In this document: piece after piece, positions 47,576 through 60,700 of the stretch | How the letters are laid out: each line of letters begins with the position of its first letter | Position numbering within the stretch: the first letter of the stretch is position 1 | Source of the DNA: Monosiga brevicollis MX1 | Taxonomy: Eukaryota | Assembly (NCBI RefSeq): GCF_000002865.3 | Contig: NW_001865042.1 | Location: 1,402,914 to 1,466,913 of the forward strand | DNA: 64,000 nucleotides | Reading direction: 5' to 3' | Made by a program: the position numbers and the translations under genes | The notes under the pieces: model-generated | The model's input: only the letters and a program-made list of their open reading frames with translations | What the model was told of the DNA's origin: nothing | The model's database searches: none

Positions 47576-50454
47576 ATGGCGTCGCTGGGCGCAGCTCGCA
47601 AACGAACAGCCGCCGCCGCGAGTGGAGCCGCTGGGGCTGCGGGGGGCGATTTGGATGCCTCATTGCAAAGTGGGCGTAATCTTTCGCGCCTCGACCGCTT
47701 GCTGGCACATGATTCTCCGGACAAGCGGGTCAAGGGCTGGCGTCTCGACATTTACCAATCATCTCCCAATGCTTCCCCCGACGTGGATGCGGCGACCGAG
47801 GCAAACTTGCGCCAGTTACGCGCCAAGGTGCGCGCACAGGAGGCCGAGATTTTGAATTACAAGGCTGACACCTTGCAGGTATGTGCGCCTTGCCTTGTCA
47901 CCATGCTGCCTGCATGCCTGTTTGCGCGCTCGTTTGTGCACACGTTCAAAAGGTGATGTGGCTCATTCCTCTCCTGACTTTTAGCTCAAGCAACGAATTG
48001 ACTCGCTGACGGCTGAAAGCGAGGCCTTACGCCTCGACATCAAACGCGAGCGCGAGCACCGGGAACGAGGTGCGAGGAGCCTGGGTTTGCCCCACACCCA
48101 CGCGAACTCTCTCACATCTCTGGCCTCTGCTGCTTGACCCAACCGTTTGCGCAGATGTGGCAGATCACGCAGCTGAGAAAGCGGATCTCCAGCGGCAGCG
48201 GCGCTTCTTGCTGGATCGCGAGGAGAGTCTGACCAAACAGCTCGCCGAGACCGATGAACAATTAACGACACAACGTCAAGAATCGCGCACCCGGTGTGTA
48301 TCGTGCTCAACACCTTGGCGCGGCGCATTGCCCTAGATATCTGGTGTCGGCGCTGACCTCCCAGCATAATGGCTTGGCGTAGGATTCAAGCTTTGGAGGA
48401 TGACGTTTTACAGCTCAAGGAGGAACTGGCACGACATCAGCGCCAAGCGCAGTCGTCCAACTCTGCAAGCCACAGCTTGGATGCTGAGATCCAATCTCTC
48501 AAGGCTGAGATGATGCGCCTCGTCCAGGATCGCGAAACACTTTTGGGCGAGCAAGACGACATCCATGACCTGCGAGCCCGTTGCCGCAAGGCTGAAGAAT
48601 CGTCTTCTCACTTGGTACAATCCGCCCCCGAGCCTACTTCCTGACTCTTTTTTCTCGGCTACTTCCGGGTCTCACTGCTTGTTGCGCACGTCACAGGAGC
48701 AAGAGGTTACACGTGCCCGGGCTCGTATCGTGGAGCTGGAGCAGGCGCGCAGCACGGAAACACAGCAACAGCTATCCCAGGGTGCCGATGCCCGCCTCTT
48801 GCGCAAACTCCAGGCCGATAACCAGTATTATCGCGAGGTCAGCTTCCCGGCTTTGCTCGCAGCAGCTTCGTGTTGTCTTTCACCTCACGCCTCATGGCTT
48901 GGTCAGAGCTGTCAAGTTAACTCATTTTTTTTCCACGTGCTGCCGACGCTCCACTTGAGCTAGACGGTGGAGAACAATAGCCTACTACAGGAAAAGCTAC
49001 AGACCAACCAACGCCAGCTGGCACGGGCGACAGAACAGCTGATGGTAGCTGGTCAAGAGCTGGCAGCCCTCGAGTCGTCCAAAGACTTTCTCCAAGAATG
49101 GGAAAAAGTACTGGAGGTGCTGCGACAGCACGGCGCGCCCATTCCCGTGGCACCCAGTGATCTGGCAGCCTATCTGGATGATCTGCACCGTCAGCTCGTG
49201 GTACTGCAGAGCTCGAGCAGTCACGCCTCCTCCTCGAGTCACTCGCAAGAGTTTCTCTACCAACGCTCGCAAGAGCAGCTAGCCGCTTTGCAGAAACAGC
49301 ACGACAAGGATGTTCAGGAGTTGGATGCCCTCCGCGTGCGCTCTGACAAGCTGCAGCGTCAGCTCGATTTTAACCGCAAGGAAAAGGAGGGTTTGCGTGG
49401 TGTGGTTGATTCATACAACCAACACGCCTCCACCATCACCAAAAACGTCGATAAAATCTTGTTTCAGCAACTCGAAATGCTCAAAGGCCAATTGCAGCTG
49501 GCAGAGAAGCGCAACGCTGAACTCGAGACCCTTTTGGAGGCAGCACCAAAAGCGGCTACAACATTGGCTGCCTCAACGTCGGCAGCCTCCGCCTCCACCA
49601 AAATCTTGCGCTTCAAGGATAGCCCCGTGACCTGGTCCGTGCACCACGCAACGTTGCTTCAAGGGACCAAGCTCCATACACGCGCTCTAGCAATGTCTAT
49701 TCGTTGCACCTGCTCATTATTTTCTCTCTCGCCTTTGATAGGGCCAAGGCAGCTCAGGTGGAAGAGCTCAAGACCTTGCGTAGCCGTGTGCAAGAGTTGG
49801 AAGCCCAGCTGTTGACGCACGCTCCAGCTGGCAACGCAACCCAGTCCAATGAGGATGTTGCGGCTGTCTTGGCCGAGCGCGAGGCACTACGACAGGAGCT
49901 TCAACAGTTGAAAACCCGTATGGAGCGACTGAAGGACGTGTTTCAGAAAAAGGTGACTGAGTTTCGGGTAGCCTGCTACGAGCTCTTGGGCTTTAACATT
50001 ACCGTGACAACCCACGACAACGACACGCGGTGCGTTGTGCGCTTTGGTCGGATGTGCTGGCGTGATGATGGCTTGGTTCTGTGCCTAGCTGAGGATGCAA
50101 CGGTCCTTACTCACTGTCCTGTCGCTCGCCATCTTGATCTTGTGGTAGGTTCGAGCTCAAGTCGATGTATGCAGAGCGCCCGCAAGACACCTTGATCTTC
50201 CAACACATGAAAAGTGGCATGCAGCTGTTGGGCACGGAGCACTCGCGCCAGTGGCAGACTGAAGTTCAGCGTAAGTTCGCATTGTTGGGGGTGGCTACCT
50301 TTGGTGAAACAACGTCTCTGTGCCGTGCAGCGCCAAGGCCACTCACCCTTTCGGTGGTTTGCGCTTTCTAGATTACTTGGTCAAATGCAACAGCATCCCT
50401 GCCTTTTTAAGTGCGGTCACATCCGAGCTCTTCAGCCGCACTACCATGGCCTGA
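47576..50454 (+). CDS. MAD1: Spindle checkpoint protein MAD1 (multi-exon)
   Basis: Long coiled coil, a Mad2-binding-like KILRFKDSP, and the C-terminal RLKDVFQKKVTEFRVACYELLGF...LKSMYAE...SIPAFLSAVTSELF. Confidence 0.92.
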
Positions 50455-50646
50455 GACGTGTGGACATTTCGAAATGTGCTGGTTGGGCGGTGAATGTCCC
50501 AAAGAAGAAGAAGAAGAAGAATTGATTTTTTTTTTTTTTTGAGTCGAAAAAAGGAGACAGAAAGAAAACACGAGGATGCTCCTTCAGAGCTGCAAGTTTG
50601 ACCACTGCTGGGCGCAGGGTGTGACTCAATGGGAGGAAAGGGGGAT

Positions 50647-52095
50647 TTATGTGCGCTTGTCAAGAGCGGATACGAGGCTGGCCATGTCTGATTGGATGCT
50701 AATGGCGAGCTCCTTGAGCTGTGTGTTGTTGTCCAACAGCTCAATGCACTCGGTGTAGGGGTTGTAGCGCGCGGTGAAGGGCTTCTTCATCTTGCGGGCA
50801 AACTCACGCACCTTCTGCTTGGCGCTAGTGAAGGAATCGGCCACGAAATAGACGGGCTGATACTCGGTCACGGGATACTCCTGCACGCACGTGGTCTCCG
50901 GATCAAAGGGCCGGACCTCGGGCTTGTCTGTGAGGCAGTACTCCAGCTCGCCAAAAGAGGAAAGCAGACCGGCGCCATATGCCTTGAGCTCGCCGTTTTG
51001 GCGGCAGAGACCGAATTCGACGGTGAACCAAAAGACAGTGGCAAGGCGCAAGATATCCTCGTCAGAGGCACCTAGAGAGGCGAGGCCAATTTCTTGCGAG
51101 AACTCGGCAAAGCTTTTGTTGGCAAACAGGGGCACGTGGCCCAGAATCTCGTGGCAAAGGTCGGGCTCGGGGGTGTAGAGAGGCATGCTCGAGTGGCGAA
51201 TGTACTGAGTGGAGTGGAACACGCGGAAGGCGAGGCCAGCCAAAAAGTCACGCGACGAGAGCAGGCCAGCAACAGGGCGCAGACGAAAGCCGGTGGAATC
51301 GTGCAGAAAGCGCGAGATATCCTCAAGCTGGGGGACGGTATCCTCGCGATAGTTGCAGTTTTCTGTCAAAATGTATTGCAAGCGGTTCAACGGGTAGCCC
51401 CAAAGATGAAGGAAGAAGCAGGGGTGATGAGGCTCAGCAAGCTGCACACGTGTGCACTGAGCAGAGCTGCCGGTCAAATTTATGACAACCAGCACGAGCA
51501 GGAGAGAAAGAGTTTCAAAACAAACGAGACACGGGCCGAGGTACATACCAATGAGGAGGGGAAACACCTGGTTAAACTCGGCGCACGCGTGCGTCGGGTA
51601 CAGCTTGGTCAATTGGCCAAAAATCTTGCCCCTGTAGTGGGGATCAGATGCCGGGTGAGAACCACAGGCTGTGGCAAATGGGCAAAAACGACTGGCGACA
51701 CGGGTATGCCAAAGTGGCGAGCAACTTTGTTAAGAATGGGAGGCGGTCGGAGCGGGAGCGATCTGACCAAGTCTTGATCTCGTCTTCGGTGTAATCGATG
51801 CGGGGAATGGGCTCGCCGTGGCTACAAGGCGGTGTGGCAAGAGGGATGACGAAGAAAGTGGGTGAGGATCGTCCCCTTGCGGCTGAGAGGGGTGTGGGGC
51901 AAGTGGTGGTGAATGGGCAAAGCTGCCTACCGGTAGTTGATGGCAATGTCGGCAAAATAGGCGCGACGCTTGCGATAGTTGGCATCGGTAAAGCCAGGGT
52001 GGTCCGACTGCAAATCGCGACCCGCATCCAGTACACGGTCCGCAAAAAGGTCCTACAGATAGATTTGGTGACCATGGCATGAAAAGAGAGCAACC

Positions 52096-52127
<32 letters not shown>

Positions 52128-52825
52128 TTGAAGACAACAAGACCGGGAAAGGGGGTGACGAACAAGCTCGCGGATCTTGCGAGGGAACCAGGAGGCATTG
52201 TCGGTGTCGGGATTGGTGTCGAGGATATGGGCGGAGATGGCACCTTTGCCGATGAGCGCGTCGGCGACCTGACGAATCTATGACCAAGCATCCAAAGCCA
52301 CGGCACAAGCAAGGCGGAAAAAGAAGTGGGTCAGCGGATGGCCGAGACTCTGCGCTACCAAGGCGCGCAGGCTGATGGGCAACAGCGGGTACGTGGTGCA
52401 AGGCGACGTTTAACCGCAGGCGTGCAATGGAGCAGCATACCTTGTTGGTTGATTCCTTGGTTTGGACGTAAAATTCGTATTGCTTGGGGTTGGTCTTGGA
52501 GGGACGAGATTCAATGTGTTCGAGATCAATGCCGGTGTCCTTGAAGACGGACAGGGCGTCCTGCAGCGCACCGGGCTTGCTGTCAATGGCAAAGATCAGC
52601 GAGACGTTATCCACTTGGTCTCCATCCTTGGCCTGCATTCGCACACGTCATCAAAGTGCAACAACAAGGGTCAGTTGTAAAGAAAAAGAGAAGCCTCGCC
52701 CCAGGTCGCGCAGCGCAGTTCATCGACAGGCGCGAGGGGCGAGAGGGGCGAGGCGCTTGCGCACGAACCTTCTTGGAGGGCATGTAACCCGTGTGAGTCG
52801 AAGTGCGCTTGTACGCGGCATCCAT
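50647..52825 (-). CDS. PAH: Phenylalanine-4-hydroxylase (ACT domain plus biopterin-dependent hydroxylase; multi-exon)
   Basis: [11 protein letters not shown]...HIESRPSK (ACT), [46 protein letters not shown] and [10 protein letters not shown]...[14 protein letters not shown]. Confidence 0.96.
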
Positions 52826-52981
52826 CTTGAACTCGGTACCTGATCCTTACAAACCCACGAGCAAGGACAACGCAGCAGACAGCAGCAGACAGTGGCAGTG
52901 GGTCGCAAATGCAGCAGCTTCACACCAACAACTTGCGGAAGAAGAAAAATGTCGTCATGGCGTGCGCGCGCTGCTGCTTGT

Positions 52982-52985
52982 TGTG

Positions 52986-53074
<89 letters not shown>

Positions 53075-53138
53075 TCTCTCCGTCTCTGTCTCTCTGTCTC
53101 TCTGTCTCTCTGTCTCTGTCTCTGTCTCTGTCTCTCTG

Positions 53139-53198
<60 letters not shown>
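52982..53198. repeat. (GT)n, (CTCTGT)n and (CT)n compound microsatellite upstream of PAH
   Basis: Directly visible. Confidence 0.95.
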
Positions 53199-53202
<4 letters not shown>

Positions 53203-54080
53203 TTTCTCGAAGCTCTCACATGAAGAACTCTAAGCGCTCTCTCTCTCTAATTGCTCGCCGAGTGTTTCCTGATGTTATGATGTACCGGCCAAGGCCTGCT
53301 ATGGTGAACGAGTTAGGGAAAAGCCCCGGTACGGGTGTGTGTGTTTCAAGACTGGAGAACGCGTCGGTATTGAGCAGACACGTCTCGACTTTCTCGACGA
53401 TGATGGGACGACGCAACACTGTGAGTCGCACTGCACTGGCTCCACGTGTGGTCTCGCGGACCGCCTCCAACCCACCTCCCACCCGATCACGGATCGTTGC
53501 AGCTTATAGGAGAATCAGTACCTTGGCCAGACAGACGCAGGAAGAGACACAATCACAAGCACCGACACGGAGAGCCTGCAGCCCGGGCGCCCGCCGATCT
53601 GGTTGGCAGTGTGCCCGCGCACGTCGAGCGTCAAGGTGTCGGAACAGGTGTCGCAATGCTCAAGGTCCCTGGGGGTCAGATTTCTTAGCTCAATAGGGAT
53701 ATGCTTAGCAAGGCTGAACCAGCTTATGGCGGGAGGTCAGCGCATATTTGCGTAAGATCTGGAAATGATGCAATTGCTGTCTGACAATTTGCTTGATTTT
53801 GGTGGGGTGGCTATCGGCAGTGTGTGTGTGTGAGGAATAATGATGTTGACTCGATAGAACAAGTGCAGGTCAATTTGTACCCCGAGCCGCAGAAGAGGGT
53901 TCACAGAACTGATCGCCTCGCTCAGCGTGGGATCGGGCGGCCTTGGGTTTGTTCCTGCATATACAACATACAACAACATGAAATCGACAACAGCTTGTCC
54001 CGGCTGTGATAGTCGGCACAAGAAACAGGGTGTATGCAACACAACGATCAACGCACCACGCACAACGCACGTGCGAATAC

Positions 54081-54121
<41 letters not shown>

Positions 54122-54193
54122 CACCTTCACGCACGCGCACAAAAGGCTGGGGGCCAAGCTGCGACGCCAAAGGGGTCAAGTTGTGTTTGCTTT

Positions 54194-56041
54194 TTACTCT
54201 TGCTTGACACGAGGCAAAATGCTCATCTTTTGGAGCTGGGAGACGGTAAACCCGCGCACCGTTTCCAAGACGGGGCAAACCACCTGATCAATCTGGCGAC
54301 CAAAGTGCTTGAAGAGCACGGGGACGGAAAAACCGTACACGACTGTCATCAGCAAAAGCATGGGGATGGAAAAGACGGACAGCACGTTGACAAGAATGCG
54401 GAGGCCGAAAAAGGCCATGATCGAGTCGATAATGCTGTCGCAGCGCAGCCATGTGCGCGCGCGCGAGACGACATAGCTGCCCCCCTCAGCTGCGCTGGCC
54501 ATGGCCTGCACAATGGCTTGGTGGCGCGGCAGCAAGTCGATGGTATACGCCTGCACCAGATCATAGTACGGGTCGACAAACTTGTTGATGGTTTGCTGGG
54601 CTGAGGTTTTGAAGAGCTTGTCCGAGAGCGCGGCCCCAATGTGGACGACGATGGAAGCCCCCAAAAGCATCTCCACGGCAAAGCAGCCCAGGTAAATGAT
54701 GCTAAAGCGCTGAGTGAGGAAGCAGTACCACATGGCAACGGCCGCACCCAAGGCAATGCCGCTCTGCGCGGGTCGCTCCCAGGTCAATAGGGACTGGGCG
54801 GTGGGGTGCGTGGCGTTCTGAAACGACTGGTAGACGTTGAGTGAGTTGATGGGGCGCGACCACCATGGCTCGCCCTCAATTTCCTCGGGCTCAGCGTCGC
54901 CTTCCTCCTCTTCGGCGTTGCCCTCAGTCTCAGCCTTGGCGGCCGCAGCCTTGGCCTCCTGCTGAGCTTGCTCATGCGCTGCCTGAAGGCCCTCCTTGGT
55001 TTTGGTCAGCTGTTGCTTGATGGCTGCCGAGGCTGACGCCCCAGCAGCCTGAGCTTGCTGTGCAACGCCGGCCACCTTGTCCTTAATGTTGGCCATCTTG
55101 CCCTCGCCTTCGGCGGCGGGCTTCTCGGCTTCGGAGCTCTCGGTGTGGCCGGCCACCTTTTGGTATTGCGCCTTGATGGCCGCGGCGGCGTTGGCGCCGG
55201 CGGCCTTGGCCTGCTGGCCCACAGCCGCGGCCTTGTTTTTCAAAGCGGTGGTGCGCCCCTCGTCGGCGTCGTTGGTAGGCGCCGGCTCGGGGGACGAGGC
55301 CGAATTGGAAGCGGCGCGCAAGTGTTGGGGGTGAAGGTCGTCGTCTTGAGGGGCGGCATTGCCATTGTCGTCAAGGTCTTCCTTGGCTGCGTTGGCGTAC
55401 GTGTGATCGGGGTGGTAACCGTCCTCCGATTCGTGTTGCCGCATCTGAGAGCGACCCTGTGAGTCCGAATTCTGATAGGCACGGAATTGTGCGGGGTTGT
55501 CACCAAAGTGATGCTCGGGGGCGGCGTTGGCCTCGGCGCGGGCGTGGGCAGGGTGAAGGTTGGCATCGCCTTCCTTGACCGTGGTGGCGTAAGATTGACC
55601 GGCCTGGGCGGCGGCCTCCTCGTCATTGTCCTCGTGCTTGAGGCGCATTTCCGAACGGCCCTTGGAGTCGGTATTCTGGTAGGCTCGGAACTGGGAAGGG
55701 TTGTCCCCAAAGTGGTACTCGGGACCCTTGTTGGCGCCTTGGCGGAGGTTGCTGGGGTTCATCTTGGCTTGGCCATCGTCGGCCTTTTGAAAGGACTCCG
55801 GGGGTTGGTAGCCGCCCTGATCCTCATGTTGGCGCATCTCAGAGCGATCGTTGCTCGATGCATTCTGATACGCCCGGAACTGGGCTGGGTTGGCCCCAAA
55901 GGGCTGGTCTTGGCCGGCCTTCTCCATGGGGCGATCTTGGCGCTGGTGCGCTTGTGTTGACTGTGGAAGCATGTCTTCGGCCTCGGTGTGTTCAATCACG
56001 TCGAAACCTTCATCGGTGGTAAATGACGAACGCTGCTCCAT
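54194..56041 (-). CDS. Reticulon-domain protein with a long hydrophilic repeat-containing N-terminus (intronless)
   Basis: SLLTWERPAQSGIALG starts the reticulon homology domain, followed by two long hydrophobic hairpins and FSVPVLFKHFGRQIDQ. Confidence 0.85.
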   Translation of the reverse strand: MEQRSSFTTDEGFDVIEHTEAEDMLPQSTQAHQRQDRPMEKAGQDQPFGANPAQFRAYQNASSNDRSEMRQHEDQGGYQPPESFQKADDGQAKMNPSNLRQGANKGPEYHFGDNPSQFRAYQNTDSKGRSEMRLKHEDNDEEAAAQAGQSYATTVKEGDANLHPAHARAEANAAPEHHFGDNPAQFRAYQNSDSQGRSQMRQHESEDGYHPDHTYANAAKEDLDDNGNAAPQDDDLHPQHLRAASNSASSPEPAPTNDADEGRTTALKNKAAAVGQQAKAAGANAAAAIKAQYQKVAGHTESSEAEKPAAEGEGKMANIKDKVAGVAQQAQAAGASASAAIKQQLTKTKEGLQAAHEQAQQEAKAAAAKAETEGNAEEEEGDAEPEEIEGEPWWSRPINSLNVYQSFQNATHPTAQSLLTWERPAQSGIALGAAVAMWYCFLTQRFSIIYLGCFAVEMLLGASIVVHIGAALSDKLFKTSAQQTINKFVDPYYDLVQAYTIDLLPRHQAIVQAMASAAEGGSYVVSRARTWLRCDSIIDSIMAFFGLRILVNVLSVFSIPMLLLMTVVYGFSVPVLFKHFGRQIDQVVCPVLETVRGFTVSQLQKMSILPRVKQE

Positions 56042-56398
56042 CGCGCCGGCCTCTGTCAGAGTGGCGAGCGAACGTCGCTGCAACGTTAGCACTGCACGAC
56101 AAGCGGGAGGCGTGGTTGATTGACAAGGCAAGGCAAGCGTGACGGGTGACGGATGGCTTGAGAGGAGATTTCACACGACAAGGGAAAAATAACCCCCAAA
56201 AAAAAAAAAGCCACTGCACACAGTCGCAACCAGCACCCAGTGGCATCCAGTAGTACCCAGTAGTACCCAGTAGTCAAAGGCGATTGCGTCTGTGATGACC
56301 CCCAAAGCCTCTGTATCAGAGTAGTGCAGTGTGCAATGCTGTCCCAGCTGTGATGGGCTCGTGGTGATGATGATGATGCAACATGACACTCATCTTCA

Positions 56399-56462
56399 CG
56401 ACTACACTACTACACTACTACACTACTACATTACTACATTACTACTACACTACTACACTACG
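56399..56462. repeat. (ACTAC/ATTAC)n pentanucleotide repeat
   Basis: Directly visible. Confidence 0.9.
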
Positions 56463-57707
56463 AACCGATGACGCTTGCCAATGACACGCCACACATAATG
56501 AAAAAAAGAGACGAAAGAGAAAGGGGTTGTGTCAGTAGCAATCTGTTTGTATGTAGTCTCCATGTTGTGTGTGTGTGTGTGTGATGATGCAAGCAGTCGC
56601 GGACGAAAATCAAGAGCGGGGTTCAAAAAAACGGCGGCCTGAAGGTGGGGGGATGGGACGTGATGTGTACGTGCGTGCGAGAGAGAGGGGTACTCCGAGA
56701 GAGAGGGGGAGAGGGGAGAAAAAGGAAGTGTGTGCATGAATGGTGGAGCTCTCACACAGCTCCAACACGGCACGAGCATGGTGATGATCACACGGGTGGA
56801 TGATTTGTGTCGCGGTGGTCAAGGCAAGGGGCGCCCAAAGCATGTCATGGTCAGTCGGTCGCAGGTTAAAGGGGGCGCTTACCTGGTGCTTCAAAATGCC
56901 TGTGGTAATGAAATGAGCAAGGAAAGAATATGCACTGTCTGCCGTTCGTCAGCAACAAGAAAAATACAAGATGCGAAGAAAGAAAAGCCCCGAGCAGGAA
57001 AGAAGGAACAACTGGATCGTTGAGAGCGCCACGCCACACTGTACTGTTGGCAACCAAGACAAGGGTTCCGCGTGGTGCGGAACAGGAAGCACATCGGTTG
57101 GCTGGCTGTCCATTCAGCCGCCCACTCAGCGCTGCCTGTGCCAGCTTGGTGAAGCACCCGCCCACACATGCATATCCGGGCTGCCTGGATCTTCGCGCGG
57201 CGACGCCGCTGCCCTTTCCACCCATCGCTGACAAACGTAACGTCACCAAGGATTTACAGAAGACGAAGGCAGTCAATGGTCGTGTGTGGAGTCAGTAGAC
57301 GAAATCAGTCAGATGGTTGGATTTTGACTCAGTAGACGAAACCAGTGACCTGTATGCTACTTCCTCGACTCAAATTTTTTTTTTTTTTTTTTTTTAACGG
57401 ACGCTCGGCGGCAGCGGCAGCGCCGGCATCAAGTCCCTGCTATCCCCATCTGCCCTCACACACCTACCCTTGCTAATTATTCCCATGTTTTTCGGTCAAC
57501 CTCTTTCAGAACTGACCCACTGACATATACTGTTGACCTGGTACCGATTAGCCCGAGGGTTTACAGCTGTCCCCCAACGGCAAAGCAGATGAGCGTTCAG
57601 TCCTCAGAGCGTTGATCATATGTGTTGAAGCAGCCGTGAGCCGCGCTCACTTTGCTCTTGTTTGACTTGTGAACGCATCTTGCCTTGCCCTGTTGGACCA
57701 CACCGGC

Positions 57708-60700
57708 ATGGAGGATTACGATCCAGCCATTGCCGCAGCCGAGCTGACTAATCAGCTGGGCAAGGTTGGCGGCTTTCTAACCGTGCACTCGACCTCGGCC
57801 TTTGATCGCGAATTTTATCACAAGGCCCTCCTCGCCTTTGATAAGTTGGATCCCATTGTGGCTCAAAAGGTGTGCCACCTCGCCTCGCCTCGACCAGCCG
57901 CACACGACCAGCCAGTTCATGCTCACCCTGCCCGCCCCCCCTTTTTTCTCCTTTTCTGGCCTCAACTGCAGATTCTTTTTACTCTGACCTTTTTGACCCA
58001 TGAAGAGTTGGAGACCGTGGCCCAAGAGGCCCGGGCCCTTTTGGACAAAGCAGAAGCCACCTCTGACTCACACAAGCTGGCTTGGCTGGCCATTATCGTC
58101 AAGTTGCTCCGTCCCCTCCTTGATGAACATCGTCTCGAATGGCGCATTCAAACTGGTACCTGCTCCATTCCCGGTGCCGTGGACTCAATCCTCAACACCG
58201 GTATGTTGTCCTCCGTTTTCCTCTCCAAGCTCGCAATGCATTTGCGCGCCTTGGCCCTGGCGACCCCGACACCTTTGTCGACAGTTGCTCGCCTGCTGTC
58301 TAACTTGAACGATGGACCTCGGCTCACACCCTAGTCTCCGATGCTCAGCATTGTGCCATGGTTCCCACCCAAAAACGTATCAAACCCCTCAAACCCGAAG
58401 AGAAAAAGTATTTTCTGGAACAAGGGCTCTTCCGCGTTGCCAAAGTTCCTGCACCAGAACCACTCAGTCGTCAAATTCACTCCCGCAGCGCAACCAGCCG
58501 ACCCGCCTCGGGCTGTACGTCGGCCGCTGATTAGCCTAACCCTCACCCTAATCCTGACCAAAAGTCCTTGTTCTTGCCGCCGTGCTCGCTCCTGCCACTC
58601 CTGACCACCACTTGTTGCATTGCTGCCATGCCTTTTATCACAGCCAAACCCTTGGGTAGCATGGCCTCACACCAAGCCGATCGCATGGTCTGTCCTGCGT
58701 GACCGCAAGAAGGCTGGATCCTGCCTCACACATTCTCACTCATCTTTGTCATTGGCTCCCTTGCTTTTGCAGCGCAAACTGAGCATACCACAACGCATGT
58801 CTCATTCACGAGGCCTAGCTGGACCTCGTCTGGGTGACTCTGGAGCTGGGCCTGGCACCAGCAGCTTTGGTATGAGTGGTGCAGGTGGAGCCGGCAGCGT
58901 CGACCGCCTTAGCCGCCGTCAAATGTTGCGCAAACAGTTTATGCAACAGCCAGCTGACCCCGCTCCAGACAGCTCCAACGCCCCAACTACCCCAGGTGCC
59001 GAGCGCACTGCCACCAAACTCTTCTCCACCGAAGACGTTAGTGCACGATACCGTTTTCTGGCTGCTCTTTGCTTGTACTGTGCTTTGCCGAGGCACGTCT
59101 AGTCGATGCACCAGCCTACTCGCTCATGCATGCCTTCTCGGCTACGTTCTGGGTAGTTTGCAGCTCTGGAGCGTGCTCAGCAAGAAGCCAAGGGTACGTG
59201 CCTCGTGATACACTTTGCTTGCCTGGCGTCCTTGCCATGTTCATCGACCCATCTTATGTTGTCTTGGCACGTGTGCTGGGGCCGGTCGTCACCTCACACA
59301 GAGGCAGCCAAGCGTCGGCCCTCAGCCAAGCGTACGGCCAGTGGCTCAGCCAAGAGCGAAGCCAAGCAAGCTAAAACGACCGCGCCCGCTGCGGAAGCCA
59401 ACTCGGAAACTGGTTCGTCAGCTCGCCACCTTTTTAATCTGCCTCGTCGATCGGCAACTCACTGCCTCCTGCCCATACCGCCAGGATCCGCCGTCACAGC
59501 CCCATCGACGGTCACAGCCAACCCCATGGCCAACCCCATGGCCAACCCCATGGCCAACCCCATGCCTACGCCTTTGTTTGGACAAGCCGCGGAGGAGGAT
59601 GCGTCACAGGTCTGTCTGGCCGTGCATCATTATCGGAGGGTGGGCCAATGATTGTTGCTTCTTCTGCTCTCTTATTAATCTGTGTATGTGGACCATGTTG
59701 CCGGGTTGAGCAGGAGGTCGCAGCATCACCACCGCATGATGAGCCAGAGCCTGTTGTTGAGGCTGAACCCGAGGCGGACGAGACTAGCAAGCCCGAGCCT
59801 GCGGCCACACCGAAGCGAGGCCGTGGTCGCGGTCGTGGTGGACGAGGTCGCGGCCGTGGTCGCGGCCGCGGTGGTCGCAAGGCTGCAGAGACAGAGGAGC
59901 CAGACCGTGAAGCTCACGCTGCCATGACAATGGCCCCCGCGACTGCGATGCATGCTGGCTACCCTGCGGCCATGCACGGCAACGTGCCTGTTCCCTCCCT
60001 CTCAAGCGCGAGTGTGGCGGGAATGCAGACTGCATCCTCGAGCTACGGCACGGCGTCTATGGCTGGGCCCACCCCAACTTCGGCTGTGCCTGGCCAGCCG
60101 ACCGCGGCACCATCTGGTATGAATATGGGCATGTATAACCCAAGCATGGCGGGCGGTATGCCTGCTGGGCTCGACCCAAATACCTACAACACGGTATGTC
60201 TTGGGTTTACCCGTGCACGAGTTACTCGTTTTTCTTGCTTTTTCTTCTTTTTTTTTTTTCCCTGTTCAACTCACCTTGCTCGTTTCTCAAACAGATGATG
60301 ATGGTCTATCTGAGCCAAATGCAACAGCAGCAGCGATTGCAGCAGCAGCAGCAACAACAACAACAACACTCGGCACAGCTGCATCAACAACAGCAGCCGG
60401 TGCACTCTCAGCATCAATCGCAGGTTCAGCAGATGGGCCAACTCAACCCGCAAATGGCCCGCCAAATGGCCCAGCACATGCCGCAAATGACACCACAGAT
60501 GATGCAGCAAATGGGTCAACACTCTCAGATCAATCCGCAAGTAGCCCAACAGTATCAAGCCCAGTTGGCGCAGCTTGCTCGCATGAACCCGCAAGCAGCA
60601 ACGCAATATGGTGCCCCTCAAGCCCAGCAAGCTCAGCCGGCCCAACAAGCTCAACTGACACCCCAAATGCTCATGATGATGGAAGCCATGAAGCGCCATC

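Noticed and set aside
53277..53755. Possible small two-exon + strand gene (GTGAGT donor at 53421)
   Set aside because: It can be spliced in frame, but I see no recognisable domain or coding signal, so I cannot support it.
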